IMG/VR virus record: IMGVR_UViG_3300031647_000750 | Location: 64,025-128,024 of that record | From: a virus | Taxonomy: Duplodnaviria > Heunggongvirae > Uroviricota > Caudoviricetes | Reading direction: 5' to 3' (one strand) | DNA: 64,000 nt | Shown here: positions 36,587 to 46,412 of the stretch, in pieces | Layout: every line of letters begins with the position of its first letter | Numbering within the stretch: position 1 is the stretch's first letter | Program-made: the position numbers and the translations under genes | Notes under the pieces: generated by a model | Seen by the model: the letters and a program-made list of their open reading frames with translations, nothing else | What the model was told of the DNA's origin: nothing | Databases searched by the model: none

Positions 36587-37150
36587 ATGAAAATTAACGA
36601 AATTATAGAAGCAATAGGCGATTCACCTAGTGAATTTGGACAACGACTATCACAAGAAGATGATGATAATTTTCAACAAGTTCCTGGCAGAGTATTCGCT
36701 CAAGCGGTATCACGTATAAAGCAGAACGACTTAGCAAGAGGTGATGCAGCGAAGGGTCTTGAAACTTTGCATGTATACCCAGCAAATGAATACAATGGTA
36801 TGAATTGTTTCATTGGTAAGAACAACTCAAGTGGTTATGCGATTGCACATGGTGATGAATTAGTTTCTGTGTTTAGTTCACAGGGATCATCGGGTAGTGC
36901 TATCATGCAAGATGCGATAAAGAATGGTGCTTCTCGTCTAGATTGTTTTGCTATTAGAAAAGAAGATGTATCTATTGAAGGTGGATTGTACAGCTTGTAT
37001 TCTCGTCATGGATTTAGCATTGACAAGAGTATGAATGATGGTGAACCTGGACAACCATATTCGATTCAGAATGGCGTAAGTTCGTACGTAGACGATAATG
37101 AGAAAGTGCATCCAAATGATCCGCGTGTTGTTATCTTCATGAAAAGATAA
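36587..37150 (+). CDS. hypothetical protein, GNAT-like fold suspected
   Basis: ELVSVFS..GSG.AIM..AI.NGA.RLDCF...LY..YSRHGF pattern. Confidence 0.45.
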   Translation: MKINEIIEAIGDSPSEFGQRLSQEDDDNFQQVPGRVFAQAVSRIKQNDLARGDAAKGLETLHVYPANEYNGMNCFIGKNNSSGYAIAHGDELVSVFSSQGSSGSAIMQDAIKNGASRLDCFAIRKEDVSIEGGLYSLYSRHGFSIDKSMNDGEPGQPYSIQNGVSSYVDDNEKVHPNDPRVVIFMKR

Positions 37151-37184
37151 AAAAAGATAAATAAAACTATAGTTAATTATATAC

Positions 37185-37213
37185 TTGACATCTGTTGTCA
37201 TGCAGTGTATAAT
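37185..37213 (+). promoter_or_regulatory. sigma70-type promoter of tctA-tctC
   Basis: TTGACA-17 nt-TATAAT. Confidence 0.75.
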
Positions 37214-37370
37214 AACTACATAAATAAAAGAGTAGTGCAGATTTGTACTACTTCATTTCACAGCATAGTATAACAATAGCCGAGCGGCGATGTTCATATT
37301 ATAAATCAAATTTCTAAAAACCGTCACGCTATATGTGTGTCTTTCGCATGCTTAATTTAAGAGAACATAA

Positions 37371-38816
37371 ATGGAATATTTTACTATACTAATGGCTGGT
37401 ATTGCTTACGGATTTATCGTAGGTTTAATTCCAGTAGCAGGAGCAACAGTTGGATTAATCGCCATCTACTCATTCGTTGGGTATTTTGATGATCCGTATA
37501 TGTTGGTTGTGTTTACGACTGCGATAGTTGTATCGTCTAGTATTGGTGATAGTTTCTGTGGTGTCGTTATGAATATCCCAGGAGCAGGTGGTGCAGCAGC
37601 GACCATGATTGATGGATTTCCTATGAGTCGTAAAGGTGAAGCAGCAAGAGCATTAAGTGCGGCAATATCTACATCATGGGCGAATGGATTAATATGGGGA
37701 TTGTTAGTATTTTTGTTTTTACCATATTATTCAAAGATTGTTTTGTATTTTGGTACACAAGAGATGTTTACCTTCTTGATTTTTTCAATGACTTGTGTTA
37801 TATTCATAAGTAGCAAATATTATGTTAGAGGATTCATTGCGTTAATAGGTGGTTTTGTAGTTGGTCACATTGGAATGGACCCACAAACAGCAGCGCCACG
37901 TTGGACAATGGGTTGGGAATATCTTGGTGATGGTATACAGATGATACCTGTTATGGCTGGTGTTTTAGCGTTCCCAGAACTAATAAGTGCATATCGTATG
38001 AAAGCGGAAAAGATATTCCTAGACAATGCAAAGATTAAATCACAATTGATTCAAGGTATTAAAGATAGTTGGAAATATAAATGGGATGGTTTGCGAGGCG
38101 GTTTCATCGGCGGTTTCATTGGATTGATCCCGGGCATTGGTGGTAACATAGCAGATTGGTTTGCATATAGTCAGACAGTTGCAGCAACAAAGAATGATGA
38201 TGAGAAAGTAGGAAACGGACATGTACGAGGGGTAATTGGATGCGAAGGTGCAAACAATGCACAGAAGGCAACTAGTTATGTTCCTACTATATTGTTTGGT
38301 ATTCCTGGCGCACCATTTGAAGTGATCATAATGGGATTGCTTATGTATGTTGGTTTGGAGTTAGGCACGCCAGCAGTGTTGGCTGATACAAGATTCTTTG
38401 ATGCATTGTTGAGCAGTTATATGTGGAGTCTGTTAATCATATTACCTATTTCATATATGTTTATCAAGTATGCAGTTAAGATAACCAATATTCCGTTTCA
38501 GTGGTACTTCTGGCCAATCTTAGCGAGTTTGATTTGGTCTAGTACGCAGTACACAGGATTAAAAGAAGATTATATGATGCTTGCGATATGTTGTGTTGCA
38601 GGCATGGTGTTAAAGTACTTGAAGTTTAGTAGAGTAAGTTTTTTGATAGGATTTATCTTATCAGCAAGAATAGAATCTAGTTATTTGCAATTTACTGGAT
38701 TATACGAGTGGGGTGATTTGCTAAGTAACCCATTAGCAATCATATTTTTATTATTAGCAGCATTAGCTGCATATTGGGGCGCGTTTAAAAACAATGCACG
38801 CATTGATTTTGTTTAG
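37371..38816 (+). CDS. tctA: tripartite tricarboxylate transporter large permease
   Basis: GLIPVAG, NIPGAGGAAATMIDGFPM..KGEAARAL, G.IPGIGG, EGANNA, .P..LFGIPG; many TM helices. Confidence 0.9.
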   Translation: MEYFTILMAGIAYGFIVGLIPVAGATVGLIAIYSFVGYFDDPYMLVVFTTAIVVSSSIGDSFCGVVMNIPGAGGAAATMIDGFPMSRKGEAARALSAAISTSWANGLIWGLLVFLFLPYYSKIVLYFGTQEMFTFLIFSMTCVIFISSKYYVRGFIALIGGFVVGHIGMDPQTAAPRWTMGWEYLGDGIQMIPVMAGVLAFPELISAYRMKAEKIFLDNAKIKSQLIQGIKDSWKYKWDGLRGGFIGGFIGLIPGIGGNIADWFAYSQTVAATKNDDEKVGNGHVRGVIGCEGANNAQKATSYVPTILFGIPGAPFEVIIMGLLMYVGLELGTPAVLADTRFFDALLSSYMWSLLIILPISYMFIKYAVKITNIPFQWYFWPILASLIWSSTQYTGLKEDYMMLAICCVAGMVLKYLKFSRVSFLIGFILSARIESSYLQFTGLYEWGDLLSNPLAIIFLLLAALAAYWGAFKNNARIDFV

Positions 38817-38828
38817 GAGAAATAACAA

Positions 38829-39890
38829 ATGAAGAAGTTAGTAATCGCAACGTTAGTTGCACTAGGAATGACAGTATCATCACTGCCTGCTATGGCAGAT
38901 TTCACATTCATCGTACCGCAGAAGCCAGGTTCAGGCACATCGGTATGGACAGCAATCGTTGCTGGTGAATTAGAGAAGCATTTAGGTGAGAAGATCAAGA
39001 TCGTTAATATCCCAGGAGCGAATGATATCCCAGGCTTTAACAAATTCCACAATGATCTACAGCATGACGACAAGACTGTTATGGTGTCGCATGGTGGTAA
39101 CGGAGTGTCGTATTTGGTAGACCCAGTTGACTATGACTATTACCAGTATGACCCAATCGGTATGATGAACTTGACTATTATCAACGGACACTCTCCTGGT
39201 TTTAATCCATACACAGGTGTTATTAAATTCAGTGCTGGTTCTGGTATGAACCCAGATATGATGGCACACATCTTATTGAAAGGTGGACCTGATCTTACTA
39301 TGGCACAGGCAGAAGAGATTTTTGCTAGTCAGTACAAGTACATCAAAGGTATGTCAGGTGGTGATCGTAGACTTAGTTTTCAGCGTGGCGGTGAACTTAA
39401 CGTAACTCGTGAGTCTACAGCAGCATACAATAAGTATTACAATGGTAAGGAATTTTCTAAAGTATGGTTCTCACAAGGTGTATTTAACCTAGAGACAGGC
39501 GAAATTGATGCTGATCCTAACTGGCCTAACCTTTCAATTCATGAAGTATTTGAAGCGAAATGGGGTGTTGCACCACAAGGTGAATTCTGGGAAGCATTTG
39601 AACTTGTACGTAACTTCCGTGACGTGATGCAGAAAGCATTATGGATTAAGAAGGGTAGCCCTGAGACAGATCGTTTACGCGCAGCGTTCCGAGCAATGGC
39701 AGCAGATCCTGTATCAATGGCGAAGATTTACGAAAAGACAGGCAAGTATGATTGGATTATCGGTGAAGATATGGTAGATGCGTTAGATATTCTGCGTGAG
39801 CAAATTAAGCCAACCACACTACGCAATCTTGTAAGTTTCTTACAAGTCACTGGTAAGCCAGCGATTCTTAAAGAAGATTTAATCAAGTAA
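38829..39890 (+). CDS. tctC: TTT periplasmic solute-binding protein (TctC/Bug-like)
   Basis: Signal peptide, FIVPQKPGSGT, VNIPGA; follows tctA. Confidence 0.75.
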   Translation: MKKLVIATLVALGMTVSSLPAMADFTFIVPQKPGSGTSVWTAIVAGELEKHLGEKIKIVNIPGANDIPGFNKFHNDLQHDDKTVMVSHGGNGVSYLVDPVDYDYYQYDPIGMMNLTIINGHSPGFNPYTGVIKFSAGSGMNPDMMAHILLKGGPDLTMAQAEEIFASQYKYIKGMSGGDRRLSFQRGGELNVTRESTAAYNKYYNGKEFSKVWFSQGVFNLETGEIDADPNWPNLSIHEVFEAKWGVAPQGEFWEAFELVRNFRDVMQKALWIKKGSPETDRLRAAFRAMAADPVSMAKIYEKTGKYDWIIGEDMVDALDILREQIKPTTLRNLVSFLQVTGKPAILKEDLIK

Positions 39891-39899
39891 TATGATTTT

Positions 39900-39928
39900 A
39901 GAACTAGTGGACAATGTCTGCTAGTTCT
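39900..39928 (+). terminator. hairpin, probable terminator
   Basis: AGAACTAGTGGAC-AAT-GTCTGCTAGTTCT 13-bp stem. Confidence 0.6.
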
Positions 39929-39948
39929 TATTCAGCAAGGACAACAGT

Positions 39949-40569
39949 ATGAAGACACTTGTTATTATGACAGGTCCACAAGGAGCAGGCAATCATCTGT
40001 TCAGTAAGGCATTGGCAACAAACCCATCGGTATTTGGTTGGAACAACCTACTTGATACTTATTGGGAAGGTCATGATCAAGAACCATTTGCAGAGTATTG
40101 GATTAATCCAACTAAGTTAAGTGAGTTTGATTGGGATATGTCAGATGTGTTTGTTACTAGTATTAGTTGTCCTTTCATTTATAAAGGCATTGAGTTACAA
40201 CCTAATTACGATGATTTTATAAATGAAGCAAGTAAGTATGTTGATGTAAAGATATTAGTTATTGGTCGTGATGTTAATATATTGAATCATCAGCAAATCC
40301 GAGTACGAGGTAAAGAGACTACCCCTGTATTTCAGCAAGCAATTGGTAATCTATTACCATTAAATCCTATGTTTGTTTCACAAGAGTTATTATATTTGTA
40401 TGGTCAATCGTATTTAAATTCAATAGAGAGTTATATCGGTTTACCTTTAACGAATGGAACATTGCTATTCAACGACATATTAAAAGTCAATGCAAATGCA
40501 AAATATATAGAACCAGTGATATCACATTGGTTAGATGAAGAAGTAAGAAAAGCGTGTGACAATAAATGA
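39949..40569 (+). CDS. sulfotransferase-like P-loop protein
   Basis: TGPQGAGNHLFSKAL resembles the 5'-PSB loop; IGRD. Confidence 0.45.
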   Translation: MKTLVIMTGPQGAGNHLFSKALATNPSVFGWNNLLDTYWEGHDQEPFAEYWINPTKLSEFDWDMSDVFVTSISCPFIYKGIELQPNYDDFINEASKYVDVKILVIGRDVNILNHQQIRVRGKETTPVFQQAIGNLLPLNPMFVSQELLYLYGQSYLNSIESYIGLPLTNGTLLFNDILKVNANAKYIEPVISHWLDEEVRKACDNK

Positions 40570-40805
40570 AAATTAGAACACACGATCCAGCCACTATTGT
40601 TATAGTAGTGAGGTGGCCACGTAGTCCTGAATCATCTGACCCCAATGAACATTACCGTCCTTGGATGGAAGATCATGTAGGGAAACAGGGAGTTGATTGG
40701 GATTGGGGTCTGATCAATGATGATGCATCAAAGGACAACCTGAGTATTAGATTTAAACGAGATTTTGAAGCGTTAGCAATGCAAGCAAAACTAATGTGGG
40801 CTTAG
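40566..40805 (+). CDS. hypothetical protein
   Basis: W.EDHVG.QG.DW.W...IRF......A.L.W small-domain pattern. Confidence 0.65.
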   Translation: MKIRTHDPATIVIVVRWPRSPESSDPNEHYRPWMEDHVGKQGVDWDWGLINDDASKDNLSIRFKRDFEALAMQAKLMWA

Positions 40806-40813
40806 TATAAATA
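40806..40813 (+). promoter_or_regulatory. T4-type late promoter
   Basis: TATAAATA upstream of GGAGG RBS. Confidence 0.65.
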
Positions 40814-40848
40814 CATGTAGTTGTGATTATATTAGGAGGTAAGCAATA

Positions 40849-41298
40849 ATGGACGTATTTGATACACTTGGCATGGAATTTGTTGACATCATAGGGCCAT
40901 GGATTGCTGTCTTAGTATCCATTTCGGCTGCATTATGGTTTAAAGATTTCACTACCAATTTAATATATGGTATAAAGTTCAAAATGAATCCCTCATTCAA
41001 TGAAGGTGATGCGGTTGTATTAAATGACGAAGATGCTATTATTGTTAAAATAGGTTGGGGTGAGTCAGTGTTCGGTGTGTACAGTAAAAAAGGATATACT
41101 TGGCGCTATGTACAAAACGATAGACTACACTTACTTAAACTTGAAAAAATAGTAAACAAGAACTTACATCTTGACACCGATGCAGAAAGAGGCAGACGTA
41201 TGCAAGCATTGCTAGATTTAGCACAATCAGATCAAATAGACAGCAATAGAAAAGATATTGAAAAATTAACTACCCAACTAAACAACAAATCAGAATAA
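40849..41298 (+). CDS. minimal MscS-like (mechanosensitive channel beta-domain) protein
   Basis: TM helix, FKDFTTNLIYG, FNEGDAVVL, IVKIG, VQN. Confidence 0.55.
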   Translation: MDVFDTLGMEFVDIIGPWIAVLVSISAALWFKDFTTNLIYGIKFKMNPSFNEGDAVVLNDEDAIIVKIGWGESVFGVYSKKGYTWRYVQNDRLHLLKLEKIVNKNLHLDTDAERGRRMQALLDLAQSDQIDSNRKDIEKLTTQLNNKSE

Positions 41299-41334
41299 TT
41301 CTGATTGATATCAGACCCCACACATAGGTAACAA

Positions 41335-42780
41335 ATGAATAACAAATCAAATTTAAGACTCAACCAAGGAAGACGTATAGTACATTTTATTTCAAATGGA
41401 GCTATGATAGATGAACTATCGTCGCACGCTGAATATGTCACAAAACTAAGAAAAATTGCTGAAATATCAATGACAAATTCATGTGATCATAGTATTTTAT
41501 CTAGTCTAGATAATCTTAATCACAATAAATTGAGATCAAATTTAATATCAGTCACTGAAATGAATTTTGAGATGGCAGTAATTTGGTTTGAGGGATCATG
41601 GGTCTTATCAAATGATTTTGAAGATGAATTATTAAGTGCATATGATAATGAATGGTCAAAGACAGATTGGTTGGCTGCTGGTCACATCATAGATCGTCGT
41701 CCAAACACAGAGATGGCTACGTTTGATTCGCAATGTGTTATTATCAATCTTAAAGCATTAAAATCGTTGGATTATCCTAGATTGATGAAACGACAGCCGT
41801 TACAATCGCCTGTATATGAAAGTAGCGAAGAACATATACATGATGATTATACTCCAATGTATCTTAAACCTACTGGAAAATTTAGCGAAGCAAAAGAACA
41901 AGGTAATGGTTATATAGATGCATTAATTCATATAGCATTGAGCAATGATATGTATATACACAATTTGTCATATAGTATCCGAGATGAGAAGTATTGTTGT
42001 TATCCCGCAGATGATATTGAAGAAACAAAAGAATGGTTAAATATGGATTTCTCAACCAAATCGCTATCACAAATTAGAAAAATAGCAGATAGAATTAGTG
42101 AAGATAAAGAAGAACTGTTTGGATATAAGTATATGGATAAGATGATATTATATATAACAAATACTGAATCAGTTCCAAAAAAAGGTGCTATCAAATATAG
42201 TCATAATGTCATGACTTGTCCTGCCAGCGGATTGCATCAGTTTATGCATATGATAAACGCAAGAGATACCTTAGAGAAAGTCATATGGACGGATTTCAGT
42301 GAAGCAGGGCTATGGTGGGTTGAATTCTTGTTAACAAATTGGGATGGAACTGATTTCATTGGATTCTATAAAGCACATAAACATCATATTCATGATGTCT
42401 ATGATATTGACGACGATACTATATTATATGATGAAGATTTAATTCATGGTTTCATGGAAGAAGTAGGTGACACTTGGTTAGATGATTGGGCTCATATTAA
42501 AAGTTTAGATCATACTTTTATGAAAATTAATATGGTAACTGAATGGAAAAGATTAGTTGATGCGATTGGTAATGATAATACAGTATTTCTACAAGTGAGT
42601 AATATTTGGCAATATGAAATTAATTATGTCAATACAACACATTTCCAAGCACAAGCAGCGTACATTAATCTGATTAATGAAGTGTTATCTAATAATAAAG
42701 ATTTGTTCGTAACTGGTGATACTCCAAGTGGAGTATATCAAGGATATCGTAATATGAAAGAGATTGCAAGTATTTTTTAA
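41335..42780 (+). CDS. hypothetical protein
   Basis: 481-aa ORF; no confident motif. Confidence 0.75.
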   Translation: MNNKSNLRLNQGRRIVHFISNGAMIDELSSHAEYVTKLRKIAEISMTNSCDHSILSSLDNLNHNKLRSNLISVTEMNFEMAVIWFEGSWVLSNDFEDELLSAYDNEWSKTDWLAAGHIIDRRPNTEMATFDSQCVIINLKALKSLDYPRLMKRQPLQSPVYESSEEHIHDDYTPMYLKPTGKFSEAKEQGNGYIDALIHIALSNDMYIHNLSYSIRDEKYCCYPADDIEETKEWLNMDFSTKSLSQIRKIADRISEDKEELFGYKYMDKMILYITNTESVPKKGAIKYSHNVMTCPASGLHQFMHMINARDTLEKVIWTDFSEAGLWWVEFLLTNWDGTDFIGFYKAHKHHIHDVYDIDDDTILYDEDLIHGFMEEVGDTWLDDWAHIKSLDHTFMKINMVTEWKRLVDAIGNDNTVFLQVSNIWQYEINYVNTTHFQAQAAYINLINEVLSNNKDLFVTGDTPSGVYQGYRNMKEIASIF

Positions 42781-42781
42781 C

Positions 42782-42810
42782 TTGACAAAACAGTAAAAAT
42801 ATTATATAAT
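42782..42810 (+). promoter_or_regulatory. sigma70-type promoter
   Basis: TTGACA-17 nt-TATAAT. Confidence 0.7.
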
Positions 42811-42834
42811 AATTACTAATCATAAGGATAGTAT

Positions 42835-43539
42835 ATGTTAGATGTAATAATGCTTTCGTATGGCGAACCATCTGCCGACGAAAACTTCGAAAATTTAAAA
42901 AAGATAGCACCTCATGCACAGCGTGTAGATAGGGTTGATGGATTGTTGAATGCACATCAGGCAGCAGCGAACCTATCATCTACTGATTATTTCTATGTGG
43001 TTGATGCCGACGCTATCATCAGTCAGAATTTTGCGTTCAAATTTGAACCTAGTGCGAATCGTGATGCATATCCTGGCGTACCAGAGACAGAGTGTGTGTT
43101 CACGTACCGTAGTCATAATCCTATTAATGATTTGGTTTATGGTTATGGTGGAGTGAAGTTATTCCCTAAGAAAAAACTATTGGCAACTACCGAGTTCAAA
43201 GTAGATATGACTACTAGTATTGGTGCAATATTTAAACCATTATATGAGATCGCTAACATCACTGCGTTCAATACAGATCCTTTCAATACATGGCGCAGTG
43301 CGTTTCGTGAATGTACAAAACTAGCGAGTAACATCATAGATCACAATAAGCAAATAGACGATGCATATCGTTTAGCAGTGTGGACATCGCGTGGTGAAAA
43401 TAGACCATTCGGTGAGTATGCATTGATTGGTGCAGAGCAAGGTAAAGGGTTTGGTGAAGATTACAAAGACAATCCTGATGCATTAAAGAAGATCAATGAT
43501 TGGGAATGGTTGAAGAAAGTGTTCAATGAATCAGTCTGA
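42835..43539 (+). CDS. GT-A-like glycosyltransferase, phage type
   Basis: LSYGEP.ADENF, YVVDADA (DxD), NDLVYGYGGVKL, WRSAFREC.KL. Confidence 0.65.
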   Translation: MLDVIMLSYGEPSADENFENLKKIAPHAQRVDRVDGLLNAHQAAANLSSTDYFYVVDADAIISQNFAFKFEPSANRDAYPGVPETECVFTYRSHNPINDLVYGYGGVKLFPKKKLLATTEFKVDMTTSIGAIFKPLYEIANITAFNTDPFNTWRSAFRECTKLASNIIDHNKQIDDAYRLAVWTSRGENRPFGEYALIGAEQGKGFGEDYKDNPDALKKINDWEWLKKVFNESV

Positions 43540-44449
43540 TTTTATTAATAGACATGCATGGTTGTATGGGTTGCAAGAATACTTTATTGGTACAGCGTAT
43601 GCAGCAGATTTTGATTTACTATTCAAGGCATTGATGCATGATAATGGTTATCGTAAACGTGATCTATTGATACGACTTTCGCATATGGATAATTCTGCTA
43701 TAGAGTTTGACGAGCAAAAAATGTGCAGTTTTTATAATTGTATAATGCATAAAGACTTGCCTGACTATGATGTGACACAGTCCAAACTAATCGGTTTAGT
43801 GAAGCATTTTGTTAAAGATGATTACACGCCCGCTGCATACAGATTCATACGTTCATTCGATGAAGACTTGGTGCCCGACTTTAATGATTTCTACAGTCGT
43901 GGGCAAATTGCTAGCAAGAAGTGGTTAGTTGAAGAATTAAGCAAAGTAGTTGATCAGAATGTATTAGGAAATGTAGCAGTATTTGGTGCATGGTATAACT
44001 TCATTGCACACATGTTGTTTGAGAAATTTAATATAGATAAGATGTATTCGATTGATATAGATGGAGATGTTATTCACCATATTAAAAAAATGATGAGAAA
44101 TCAAATCAACAGTGGTCAATTAGTTCCAATCACATTAGATGCATCGACTATTAAATGGTTTAATAATGATATAGTAGTAAATACAGACGCAGGTGCAACG
44201 CATTGCAACGACATAGATCTTGTGATTAACACTAGTTGTGAACATATGTCAGATGATTGGTTTAATAATCTACCCACAGGCACAATTGTTTTACTACAGA
44301 CTAATAATTACTTTGACAATATACAGCATAGTAATTGCGTCAAGACATTAAATGATGCACTCGATAAATATAAAATGTCAAATATTCTATACAAGGGTAC
44401 ATTAAAAACTGAGTTGTATGATAGATTTATGATCATAGGAGTAAAGTAA
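43526..44449 (+). CDS. class I SAM-dependent methyltransferase-like
   Basis: SRGQIASK.W, VFGAWY, SIDID, VINTSCEHM, LQTNNY. Confidence 0.7.
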   Translation: MNQSDFINRHAWLYGLQEYFIGTAYAADFDLLFKALMHDNGYRKRDLLIRLSHMDNSAIEFDEQKMCSFYNCIMHKDLPDYDVTQSKLIGLVKHFVKDDYTPAAYRFIRSFDEDLVPDFNDFYSRGQIASKKWLVEELSKVVDQNVLGNVAVFGAWYNFIAHMLFEKFNIDKMYSIDIDGDVIHHIKKMMRNQINSGQLVPITLDASTIKWFNNDIVVNTDAGATHCNDIDLVINTSCEHMSDDWFNNLPTGTIVLLQTNNYFDNIQHSNCVKTLNDALDKYKMSNILYKGTLKTELYDRFMIIGVK

Positions 44450-44450
44450 A

Positions 44451-44699
44451 ATGGACGAGATAGTTACATTCGTTGTGGAAGATTTCATATATCCAAGTGA
44501 ATATTCAGATGGAATGTATATGTATCTCGTAGTTGCAAATAGAATTACTGGTAGAATTTGTAATATGGGATTCAAGTACGAAGAAGATTTTACATTTGAT
44601 TCAAGTGGAATGCGATCTACGGGTCATCGTATATTTGAATATAGATTTAAGAAAGCAGAAGATGCAATGTTAGTTAGGATACAAGGAATAGAGAATTAA
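44451..44699 (+). CDS. hypothetical protein
   Basis: YRFKKAEDAMLVRI C-terminus; tight spacing. Confidence 0.65.
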   Translation: MDEIVTFVVEDFIYPSEYSDGMYMYLVVANRITGRICNMGFKYEEDFTFDSSGMRSTGHRIFEYRFKKAEDAMLVRIQGIEN

Positions 44700-44945
44700 A
44701 TGGATAATGAATTGTGGGATTTAATCTTAGACGGATACGATCTAAGAGAATTACAAAGAGAATCCGCACGTGCTATTAGCACTATGAAAGCAGATAATGA
44801 CTCAATCTATAAATTTAATAAAGTAGCACAGCATAACAGTCAGTTATGGTATCGTGCAGTGATTAAATATTATATGGAAGAGCATGGTGGGTTGCCTAGT
44901 CAGATTGGACCGGGCGTTGATGTGAAGTTGATACTAGATGATTGA
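44700..44945 (+). CDS. hypothetical protein
   Basis: 81 aa; tight spacing. Confidence 0.65.
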   Translation: MDNELWDLILDGYDLRELQRESARAISTMKADNDSIYKFNKVAQHNSQLWYRAVIKYYMEEHGGLPSQIGPGVDVKLILDD

Positions 44946-45291
44946 GTTATTTTACGCAAACGTAGTATACGTTGCATATAGATTAATCATAACAGCACAC
45001 GTAATCAAGTTTTTTAATAGATATGTAAACTATTATGTCGCTGTACTGATTGCAGCACAATTGAGTTTCATGTATGATAATGGATTGTTTGCATTACTAT
45101 TTAATGCTCAGAAATTACCAGTATTTGCAGAATTAATTGTGGCTGATATACTTTATACATTAAGAGTATTGATTGCTTGGTTTGTTATAAAACAATTATG
45201 GAATGTAACCAACAATTATTATGTTGCAGTATTTATTGGTGCGGAGATGACCTTCGTAGTAGATTATTTTATCTTTAATCAAGTGTATTGA
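44938..45291 (+). CDS. small multi-pass membrane protein
   Basis: Several hydrophobic helices; internal NYYVAV(L/F)I.A duplication. Confidence 0.65.
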   Translation: MIELFYANVVYVAYRLIITAHVIKFFNRYVNYYVAVLIAAQLSFMYDNGLFALLFNAQKLPVFAELIVADILYTLRVLIAWFVIKQLWNVTNNYYVAVFIGAEMTFVVDYFIFNQVY

Positions 45292-45313
45292 AGAAACTAG
45301 GAAATAGATAACA

Positions 45314-46402
45314 ATGTATAAGTATAAAGATATAAAACAATTACACTTAGAAGTGACCCAGCGATGTAATGCGTCATGTACTATGTGTGATCGTAATGAA
45401 AATGGTGGTGCAGTCAACAAACATATCAAAGACAATCTGGCTGAGTTGACGCTAGATGATTGCATTGATATGTTCCCGCCTGATTTCATTTCGCAATTAG
45501 ATACGATGTATATGTGTGGTAATTTGGGTGATCCCATTTCCGCATCAGATGCATTGGAAATATTTGAATGGTTTCGTGCATGTAACGATGAAATGTGGTT
45601 GAGCATGAATACCAATGCAGGTGCAAGATCTGCGGAATGGTGGACACAATTGGCACAGGTCATTGGTAAAAACGGCGCAGTGATATTTAGTGTTGATGGA
45701 TTAGAAAATACGAATCATTTGTACAGACAGGGCGTTAAGTGGGAGATTGTTGAGAGAAACATGAAAGCATTTATCGCTGCTGGCGGCAGAGCAAGATGGG
45801 ATTATCTAATCTTTGAGCATAGTGAATGTGATGTAGATCGTGCAGAACAACTAGCGAAAGAATGGGGTGTTGAGAAATTCATCAAGAAGAAAACAGGTAG
45901 ATTCATTAGTGCAACTAGTGAAAAGAAAGAAACACATCAAGGTACGAATCGTAAAGGAGCAGTAACACAAGTACTCGCGAAGCCTAAGAAAGCAGAGCAT
46001 CAGAATTTGGAATTATTGAAGCAAGCAGAGATAGAAAAAACATATGGTTCAATGAAACAATACTATGACACTGCTAAGATTAATTGCAAAGTAGCAAAAG
46101 ATAAGAATATATTTGTAACAGCAGAGGGCATTTTGATGCCATGCTGTTGGACAGCAGGAAGAATGTACAAGTGGTGGCATGATGATCCTAAAGTAGAACA
46201 GATCTGGGATTTCATTGATAACGCGGGTGGTAAAGATGCGCTGAGTGTGAAACTACATGGCATTGAAGGTGTATTCAATACTGGCGTAATGAAGGATATA
46301 CAAGACAGTTGGGCAAAGAATAGTATAGAAGATGGCAAGTTGGGCGTATGTTCAATGAAATGCGGCGCAGAGTTTGATCCGTTTGCAGCACAATTTAAGT
46401 AA
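45314..46402 (+). CDS. radical SAM / SPASM-twitch protein
   Basis: CNASCTMC, CGNLGDP, TNAG, FSVDGL, LMPCCW, CSMKC. Confidence 0.85.
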   Translation: MYKYKDIKQLHLEVTQRCNASCTMCDRNENGGAVNKHIKDNLAELTLDDCIDMFPPDFISQLDTMYMCGNLGDPISASDALEIFEWFRACNDEMWLSMNTNAGARSAEWWTQLAQVIGKNGAVIFSVDGLENTNHLYRQGVKWEIVERNMKAFIAAGGRARWDYLIFEHSECDVDRAEQLAKEWGVEKFIKKKTGRFISATSEKKETHQGTNRKGAVTQVLAKPKKAEHQNLELLKQAEIEKTYGSMKQYYDTAKINCKVAKDKNIFVTAEGILMPCCWTAGRMYKWWHDDPKVEQIWDFIDNAGGKDALSVKLHGIEGVFNTGVMKDIQDSWAKNSIEDGKLGVCSMKCGAEFDPFAAQFK

Positions 46403-46412
46403 CAGGAGAATT

